A stretch of 64,000 nt of DNA, from positions 32,001 through 96,000 of IMG/VR virus record IMGVR_UViG_3300029319_000012. The stretch is one strand, 5' to 3'. Both the position numbers and the translations under genes were made by a program. The stretch is from a virus. Below are positions 58,181 through 64,000 of this stretch, one piece after another; positions within the stretch are counted from its first letter, which is position 1, and every line of letters begins with the position of its first letter. The notes below the pieces were generated by a model. It saw only the letters and a program-made list of their open reading frames with translations. It was not told the DNA's origin and did no database searches.

Positions 58181-58194
58181 AAGGTTGCTATATT
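58167..58194 (+). promoter_or_regulatory. Sigma70-type promoter TTGTCA-N16-TATATT containing the inverted repeat CAACCT-N5-AGGTTG
   Basis: Extended -10 TGcTATATT; AGGAG at 58201; ATG 58210. Confidence 0.5.
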
Positions 58195-58209
58195 TTACAC
58201 AGGAGTGCT

Positions 58210-61200
58210 ATGAAGTTTGCACATATAGCGGATACTCATATTCGCAATTTAAAGTTTCACAAGGAATATAGAGAGGTTTTTGCACAGCTTTATAAAAAGC
58301 TGCAAAAGCTTAAGCCAGATTACATTATACATTGTGGGGATATCGCACATACAAAAACTCAGATTAGTCCAGAGTTTGTTGAGATGTGCTCTGACTTTCT
58401 CAAAAATTTAGCAGATATCGCACCCACTTATGTTATTCTGGGTAATCATGACGGCAATTTAAAAAATTCTAGTCGTCAAGACGCATTAACACCTATCGTT
58501 AATGCGTTAGAGCATGATTCATTATATTTACTTAAGGATTCAGGAGAGGTAATACTAAATGACCAATTTGCAATCAACGTTCTTTCAGTTTTTGACAGAG
58601 ACAATTGGCAGGACCCCACCGACAATAACCGAGTTAACATTGGTTTGTACCACGGTTCTATTAGTGGTATAAAAACTGATACTGGCTGGGTAATGGAGCA
58701 CGGCGAAAATGATATCAGCATTTTTAATAATTTTGACTACGGCTTTCTTGGTGATATCCACAAGACAAACCAAAGTTTAAATGAAAGTGGCACAATAAGA
58801 TACTGTGGTTCCACAGTTCAACAGAATCATGGTGAAAGCAATGATAAGGGTTTTCTTGTTTGGGATATTCAAGACAAAGACAACTATACTTGCGAGCATC
58901 ATATTTTATTAAATCCTAAGCCTTTTATAAGTTTAGGTTTGACGCCCAAGGGTAGGTTGCCTCAGAAGCCTGAAGTACAAAAAGGTGCAAGATTAAGGCT
59001 AATTTCTGAGAATAATTTACCTTTAGATGCCATTCGTCGAGCAGTCGATGCAGCCAAAGTGCGCTTTAAGCCAGAGTCAGTGACCTACCTTAATAGAAAT
59101 GCAGGTAATCATGGCAGTGTCGACAGTTTAGCTAATAAACTTTTTAAAGAAAATCTTCGTGATATTGCTGTGCAGGAAGAGTTGATCAAAGAATACTTGT
59201 CTGACTATCAGCCTGATGACGATACGTTAGCTTCTATCTTCGAAATGAATAAGAAGTATAATATGATTGTCGAGAAAGAAGAAGAAACTAAGCGCAATGT
59301 TAATTGGCAGCTAAAATCTTTAGAGTGGGATAATCTTTTTAATTACGGTGAAGGCAACAAAGTTCAATTTTCATCACTTGATGGTATTGTTGGTATTCTT
59401 GGTAAGAACTTCTCTGGCAAGTCAAGCGTGATTGATAGCTTACTATACACCTTGTATAACACTACGTCAAAGAAAAATAGAAAAAACTATAATATCATTA
59501 ACCAGAACGAAGAAAACGCTCGTGGCAAAGTTCAGATTGATATTGGCACAAAGACATACACAATTGAAAGAAAAAGTACAAAATATGTTAAGCGTCTCAA
59601 GGGCAAAGAAACCAATGAGGCTAAGACAGACGTAGAGTTTACTGTTTTTGACAACGCAACGGAAGTTGAGACTAGTTTAAATGGAATCACAAGACTAGAG
59701 ACTGACAAAAACATTCGCAAGGTGTTTGGCACACTAGATGACTTTCTTACAACGTCTATGGCTAGCCAGCTGGAGTCTTTATCGTTTATCAATGAGGGTT
59801 CTGTAAAAAGAAAAGAGACATTGGCAAAGTTCCTGGACCTTGAGTTTTTCGAGCAGAAGTTCAAACTAGCAAAAGAAGAGTCATCAGATCTCAAAGGCGC
59901 TATCAAAAAAATGCAAGATCGTGACTTTGATGCAGATATTAAAGAATCTGACACTGAGCTAGCTAGAGTTCAAACTGAGTTAATGAACAAGCAAAGACTG
60001 GAACAAGAAAAGCTAGAGCACATATCTGATCTTAAGTCTAATCTAGCAAACACACAAAAGCAAATTGACTCTGTACCGGAAGAAGTTGTTGATATCAAAA
60101 AGGTATTAAAGAATTTAAAGAAAATAGAAAAGCAAGCCGCTGTTTTAAAAACTAATTTAGATAAGAAGCAGGAGGAGTTCGCGCATGATAACAAATTTTT
60201 ACAAAAAATTGAAACATTCCTCGGGAGTTTTGATATTGAAAATGTTAATAGTGAAAAACAAACTGCAGCAAGATATCGAGAAGAGCTGCGAGAAATGGAA
60301 CGAGATTTTGAGCAATACGAAAAAAGAAGAGTAGTAATTGATGACAAGATAAGTTTTATGAAAGCTGCTCCATGTTCTTTAGCTTTGCAAGATAAATGTC
60401 AGTTTATATCAGATGTCAGAAGGGCTGCTGATGATCTGAATAGGGTAAAGATTGGAATGAATCAGTTAACCTTAGTCAAGAACAAAAAACAACAGCAGCT
60501 AGACAACATTAATGAAGTAAAGCTTGATGAGTATTCAAAAAAGTATACACAATTAATGGAGAAAAGAATTAGCGTGAAAGATGCTGTTTCAAAGCTTGAA
60601 GTTGACATTGAAAAAGATAAGCTACAAGTTTTGAAAGCTCAAGGCATTCTTAAGGATCTTAAAGCAAAAGAGGCATTATACGAACAACATCGTGATGCTA
60701 TTGAAAATGTTGAAGGTCTTGTTTTAGAAAAAGACAGATTATTGAAAAAAATTGATGTCGCCACAACAGACATGTCAGCCTTCAGAGGACAAATTGCGAA
60801 GCTGCATCAGTCTGTTGGTCGAGAAGAAGAGCGAAACCAGCAGATTAAAAACCAAAAGCAAGATTTTGAAGATATGCAAAAAGAATTTACTGCTGCACAT
60901 CTTTTTATGACTTGCATGCACGCCAATGGCATTTCATATGATATTATTAAAAAGCGCTTGCCTATTATTAATGATGAGATTGCAAAAACATTAAGCAACA
61001 TTGTCGACTTCGAAGTTAACTTTGAAAACGATGATAAGAAACTAGACATTGCGATTAAACATCCAGCATATGATGCAAGACCCATTGAGATGGGCTCTGG
61101 TGCAGAGAAAACAATTGCAGCTATGGCTATTCGTTTAGCTCTTTTAAACGTTTCCACACTTCCAAAAGGTGATGTATTTATTCTTGATGAGCCAGGCACT

Positions 61201-61365
61201 GCCCTTGATGCAGATAATATGGAAGGCTTTATTAGAATTCTTGATATGATCAAGACACAATTTAAAACTGTCCTTCTTATATCGCACTTAGACTCATTAA
61301 AAGATATTGTCGATTCTCAAATTATGATTGAGAAACTAGAAGGTAAAGCATATGTCAATGAATAG
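58210..61365 (+). CDS. Fused Mre11/SbcD nuclease and Rad50/SbcC SMC-like ATPase (T4 gp47-gp46-like)
   Basis: Phosphoesterase motifs HIADTH, GDIAH, GNHD, HG, GDIH; Walker A GKNFSGKSS; long coiled coil; signature GSGAE; Walker B FILDEP; H-loop ISH. Confidence 0.92.
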   Translation: MKFAHIADTHIRNLKFHKEYREVFAQLYKKLQKLKPDYIIHCGDIAHTKTQISPEFVEMCSDFLKNLADIAPTYVILGNHDGNLKNSSRQDALTPIVNALEHDSLYLLKDSGEVILNDQFAINVLSVFDRDNWQDPTDNNRVNIGLYHGSISGIKTDTGWVMEHGENDISIFNNFDYGFLGDIHKTNQSLNESGTIRYCGSTVQQNHGESNDKGFLVWDIQDKDNYTCEHHILLNPKPFISLGLTPKGRLPQKPEVQKGARLRLISENNLPLDAIRRAVDAAKVRFKPESVTYLNRNAGNHGSVDSLANKLFKENLRDIAVQEELIKEYLSDYQPDDDTLASIFEMNKKYNMIVEKEEETKRNVNWQLKSLEWDNLFNYGEGNKVQFSSLDGIVGILGKNFSGKSSVIDSLLYTLYNTTSKKNRKNYNIINQNEENARGKVQIDIGTKTYTIERKSTKYVKRLKGKETNEAKTDVEFTVFDNATEVETSLNGITRLETDKNIRKVFGTLDDFLTTSMASQLESLSFINEGSVKRKETLAKFLDLEFFEQKFKLAKEESSDLKGAIKKMQDRDFDADIKESDTELARVQTELMNKQRLEQEKLEHISDLKSNLANTQKQIDSVPEEVVDIKKVLKNLKKIEKQAAVLKTNLDKKQEEFAHDNKFLQKIETFLGSFDIENVNSEKQTAARYREELREMERDFEQYEKRRVVIDDKISFMKAAPCSLALQDKCQFISDVRRAADDLNRVKIGMNQLTLVKNKKQQQLDNINEVKLDEYSKKYTQLMEKRISVKDAVSKLEVDIEKDKLQVLKAQGILKDLKAKEALYEQHRDAIENVEGLVLEKDRLLKKIDVATTDMSAFRGQIAKLHQSVGREEERNQQIKNQKQDFEDMQKEFTAAHLFMTCMHANGISYDIIKKRLPIINDEIAKTLSNIVDFEVNFENDDKKLDIAIKHPAYDARPIEMGSGAEKTIAAMAIRLALLNVSTLPKGDVFILDEPGTALDADNMEGFIRILDMIKTQFKTVLLISHLDSLKDIVDSQIMIEKLEGKAYVNE

Positions 61366-61375
61366 ACTATTTATA
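61366..61375 (+). promoter_or_regulatory. Candidate late promoter motif ACTATTTATA
   Basis: Fills the 12-nt intergenic gap; core ends 4 nt before GTG 61378. Confidence 0.55.
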
Positions 61376-61377
61376 AC

Positions 61378-61929
61378 GTGCAGAAACTATTTGAAAATTG
61401 GCGACAGTATCTACAGGAAAGTAAAGGCAGCAAATATAAAGAATTGCTAAGCGCCATTCTCAAAGGAGACCAGGCTTTAAGAAAAGAATTTGCATTGTTA
61501 ATAAAAAAAGAAGGCGGCTGGTCAAGAGAATTGGCAAATAGATTTGCAGAAAAGCACGGCAATCCAAAAGACGATATATTTGGTGACAAAACAAGACATA
61601 AAAAAATACTGCCAGTTTTACCTAAATTAGATTATCAAAACTTTGACGATGAAGATTGGAGCAATCTTGATCCTTTTATAATACATTTAAGAGATAGAAA
61701 ATATTTACCTGTTCGTAAAAAAGTATTATTAGCCATGGTTAAATATAAAAGATACTGGCGAGATTTAACAACTGATATGGCAAGAGAACTTGATATGCTT
61801 CCAGAGCTTGAAAATACTCAATTATCATATCCAACAGATACTCAAGATAATGGAAAAGTTGACAAGCTTTTAAAAAGCAAAGGTATGGGTTGGGAGCAAT
61901 TAAAAAATCAAGTTTTACAAACTAAATAA
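61378..61929 (+). CDS. Hypothetical protein with KLFENWR leader; body weakly DUF6624-like
   Basis: Leader shared with 61941; ELLSAILKGDQALR resembles the L..M..DQ..R motif. Confidence 0.55.
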   Translation: MQKLFENWRQYLQESKGSKYKELLSAILKGDQALRKEFALLIKKEGGWSRELANRFAEKHGNPKDDIFGDKTRHKKILPVLPKLDYQNFDDEDWSNLDPFIIHLRDRKYLPVRKKVLLAMVKYKRYWRDLTTDMARELDMLPELENTQLSYPTDTQDNGKVDKLLKSKGMGWEQLKNQVLQTK

Positions 61930-61938
61930 CTACTTATT
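61929..61938 (+). promoter_or_regulatory. Candidate late promoter motif ACTACTTATT
   Basis: Core ends 4 nt before ATG 61941, same spacing as at 61366. Confidence 0.55.
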
Positions 61939-61940
61939 AT

Positions 61941-62498
61941 ATGAAAAAACTATTTGAAAACTGGCGAAAGTATGTAAACGAACAATCTTCTGTTGTCCCA
62001 GGCACTGGACCTGAGGGCACTAGTGGAATTGAGCAAGCAACTCAAAGTTTGATTCGAAAAAAAATACTAGAGCCAAAGCCTAAGTCAGCCGGGTCTAAAC
62101 AGGCAGCTGCAAATGTTGAATTTGATCCTGAGTCTTTAGAAGTTGCAACCGACGATTTTGATGATGAGGATGCAGCTGCCGAAGATACGCCTAGCGCCGA
62201 GCCTGAAGCAGCTGCAGGAGGGAGAGAGGCAAGAGAGTTTGTAGTCTTTTCCATAGATACCGATCACCAAGACGAAATAGTGGATGATTCTTATAAAGAT
62301 ATAATGGCATCGAGAGATCCCGAAGAAATAAGACTGGCAGCACAATTTGCTCGTATGGGTGAAAAAGCGGCAAAGGACATACTCAAAAAGCAGTATCGTG
62401 AATATATGCAAGCAGTTGCCAGCGGTCAGGTACCACTCACCCCTGATGAAATAAGATCCCTGACAAAAGGGACCATGATCGCATCTGAGCCAAATTAG
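61941..62498 (+). CDS. Acidic hypothetical protein with KLFENWR leader
   Basis: MKKLFENWRKYVNE N-terminus; acidic disordered middle. Confidence 0.6.
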   Translation: MKKLFENWRKYVNEQSSVVPGTGPEGTSGIEQATQSLIRKKILEPKPKSAGSKQAAANVEFDPESLEVATDDFDDEDAAAEDTPSAEPEAAAGGREAREFVVFSIDTDHQDEIVDDSYKDIMASRDPEEIRLAAQFARMGEKAAKDILKKQYREYMQAVASGQVPLTPDEIRSLTKGTMIASEPN

Positions 62499-62507
62499 AA
62501 ATAATAA

Positions 62508-62517
62508 ACTACTTACT
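62508..62517 (+). promoter_or_regulatory. Candidate late promoter motif ACTACTTACT
   Basis: Intergenic, followed by AGGAGGT SD and ATG 62537. Confidence 0.55.
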
Positions 62518-62536
62518 GTACTAGGAGGTCCATATC

Positions 62537-62731
62537 ATGGCACAGATGAGAGCATGGCTTGACAAACACGTTGAGCGTTTTATTTCAAGAAAGTTTTTGG
62601 CGTGGGGTACGGCTACATACCTTGTCTATATGAACGCCCTTACGAGCGAAGATTGGGTTGCAGTCACGCTTGCTTATATCGGATCACAAGCACTTGTTGA
62701 TCTTGCCACGCAATGGAAACATGGAAGATGA
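62537..62731 (+). CDS. Small membrane protein, holin-like
   Basis: 64 aa, FISRKFLAW followed by two hydrophobic segments; strong SD. Confidence 0.5.
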   Translation: MAQMRAWLDKHVERFISRKFLAWGTATYLVYMNALTSEDWVAVTLAYIGSQALVDLATQWKHGR

Positions 62732-62844
62732 AAAATATATTACAAAAAATCTTAAACTTATTTAAAAAGGCTTGCTGCTGTGTAGAGCAGCGCTGCAAAA
62801 GCTGTTGCGCTTGCTGTAAGTGCGTTAGTTGCGAGGGATGTTAA
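62728..62844 (+). CDS. Cys-rich micropeptide (38 aa, 11 Cys), metallothionein-like; absent from the ORF track
   Basis: MKNILQKILNLFKKACCCVEQRCKSCCACCKCVSCEGC; ATGA overlap upstream and TAATG overlap downstream. Confidence 0.72.
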   Translation: MKNILQKILNLFKKACCCVEQRCKSCCACCKCVSCEGC

Positions 62845-63161
62845 TGAAAATCACAAAACAACGATTAAGGCAGTTAATCAAAGAAGAGCTGGGAAATATT
62901 GACAAAGACGGCGATGCGGATGATGCAGCTGAGTTGCGTGATGAAGGTCAGGAAGTAGAAGAGCTTGTAGGTGATTTAGATTTTTATCATTCTGAGGTGT
63001 CTAAAGATAATAAAGGATTTTTTGCATCTCTAGTTGATATGACAGGCAATTTCTTAGATCGTCGCAAGGATGAGCTAGCTGATGAGTTAAAGCAAGCTTG
63101 TATTAGAGTCTTGCTAGATGCAAAATCAAATGCCTATAAATCAAATTTTCCGTCAAGGTAG
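62844..63161 (+). CDS. Hypothetical protein with MKITKQRLRQLIKEE leader
   Basis: Start moved to ATG 62844 (TAATG); acidic DKDGDADD segment follows the leader. Confidence 0.65.
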   Translation: MKITKQRLRQLIKEELGNIDKDGDADDAAELRDEGQEVEELVGDLDFYHSEVSKDNKGFFASLVDMTGNFLDRRKDELADELKQACIRVLLDAKSNAYKSNFPSR

Positions 63162-63172
63162 GAGTGCATAAT

Positions 63173-63568
63173 ATGCTTACTGTTGTTTTTTGGAAAAAAC
63201 TTTGGTCTTGGATTAAACACTATTGGTATTTTCCTATTATAATAGGATTAATAATCTTTGCATATATCTCTGGATCATCTGCAAAAGAGAAACTTTTTAA
63301 AGTTCTAACAGATCAAAAAGAAAATCACAAAAAAGAAATTGAATTAATTAACAATACAAATGTTGAAAAAGAAGAAATTAAAAAAGAAATTATTGAAAAA
63401 CATAAAGAAGAAATTGAACGTATTGAACAAGAGCACGGCGTTCAAATTCAAGACCTAGAAGAGGAAAAGCAAGAAGAGCTGCTGTCTACTATTGAAGAAA
63501 AGAAAGATAAGCCAGATGATTTAGCAAAAGATATTGCTGCTCTCCTCGGTGCAAAACACATAGAATAG
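63173..63568 (+). CDS. Membrane-anchored coiled-coil protein (i-spanin-like)
   Basis: AGGAG then ATG 63173; one N-terminal TM helix followed by a charged coiled coil. Confidence 0.5.
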   Translation: MLTVVFWKKLWSWIKHYWYFPIIIGLIIFAYISGSSAKEKLFKVLTDQKENHKKEIELINNTNVEKEEIKKEIIEKHKEEIERIEQEHGVQIQDLEEEKQEELLSTIEEKKDKPDDLAKDIAALLGAKHIE

Positions 63569-63578
63569 AAGGTGTAAA

Positions 63579-64000
63579 ATGTTTAAGAAAATTATCGCTG
63601 TCATTGTGTGCGCAATGATGATTATAATTCCAACTAGCGTGTCAGCACAGGAATTGCAAGGTAAAGTTATGTCCCTGGAGTATGATGAAAAAGCTCCCTA
63701 TGCAGGCATTCTGCTTGACCCTATCGCAGCATCTAAGATGATTGTTGATAGAAAATACATTTCAAAAGAGATTGAGTTGGAGCTAAGAAAAGAATTTCAA
63801 AAAGATTTGTCTGATAGAACATTATCACTTAATTTAGTTGAAGCAGAACTACAAAGTCTTCGCGACTTGCATACTAAAACAATTGAGTTGAAGGACAATC
63901 AGATTGATCAGTTGCAAATGGCTCTAAAAGATGAAGTGTCTGATGACCATACGGAGTGGTGGGCACTTGGTGGCGTATTGATTGGCATAGCTCTTTCTGT
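63579..64000 (+). CDS. Secreted/membrane coiled-coil protein (partial, runs off the window)
   Basis: MFKKIIAVIVCAMMIIIPTSVSA-QE signal peptide, KAPYAGILL, coiled coil, C-terminal hydrophobic WWALGGVLIGIALS. Confidence 0.7.
   Translation, partial: MFKKIIAVIVCAMMIIIPTSVSAQELQGKVMSLEYDEKAPYAGILLDPIAASKMIVDRKYISKEIELELRKEFQKDLSDRTLSLNLVEAELQSLRDLHTKTIELKDNQIDQLQMALKDEVSDDHTEWWALGGVLIGIALS

Noticed and set aside
86-62411. Many 60-150 aa minus-strand and alternate-frame ORFs in the track
   Set aside because: All lie within long + strand genes, show no motifs, and look like shadow ORFs of AT-rich coding DNA
62829-62843. ORF-track start at 62829 (also 1310, 10851, 12175, 12524, 45736, 63164)
   Set aside because: Downstream ATGs fit SD position or stop-start coupling better; 62829 would overlap the Cys-rich peptide
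62901-62930. EF-hand-like DKDGDADD calcium-binding loop
   Set aside because: Lacks the conserved Gly at position 6 and lies in a generally acidic stretch; too weak to call
1-64000. CRISPR array, tRNA/rRNA, IS/transposase, intron or intein
   Set aside because: No spaced direct repeats, cloverleaf, transposase or splicing motifs seen; intergenic gaps are nearly all under 60 nt. A covariance search was not run.
1-64000. Stop-codon reassignment (alternative genetic code)
   Set aside because: TAA, TAG and TGA all end genes at sensible boundaries and coding density is already near complete with the standard code

Overview
About 64 kb of a large, AT-rich, T4-like tailed bacteriophage (myovirus-type, possibly jumbo). 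All credible genes are on the + strand, tightly packed and often translationally coupled. Module 1 (1-11.8 kb) is a glycan island: several GT4-like and one GT2 glycosyltransferase, a fungal-type GT15 (Kre2/Mnt1-like) protein, a GT11-like protein, a WbpE/WbpB-like aminotransferase-oxidoreductase pair, a radical SAM/SPASM enzyme, a methyltransferase and an NAD-dependent epimerase. Module 2 (11.8-13.5 kb) has small regulatory genes including a late-type sigma factor. Module 3 (13.5-56.7 kb) is a baseplate/tail block: a gp5-like hub/spike split over two genes, a 3818-aa giant protein, gp25, gp6, LamG and FN3-type proteins and tail-collar-like paralogs. Module 4 (56.7-61.4 kb) has RuvC, a DnaG-type primase and a single-chain Mre11-Rad50 (SbcD-SbcC) fusion. 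Module 5 (61.4-64 kb) has small genes with shared N-terminal leaders, a holin/spanin-like group and an unannotated 38-aa peptide with 11 Cys. The most notable hypotheses are a phage-encoded virion glycosylation system with a [ST]-G/A/S-S sequon, promoter-plus-leader cargo cassettes, a metallothionein-like micropeptide, and pseudo-enzyme domains on the baseplate hub. All family assignments come from motif recognition by eye; no searches were run. No CRISPR, tRNA, rRNA or IS element was seen.
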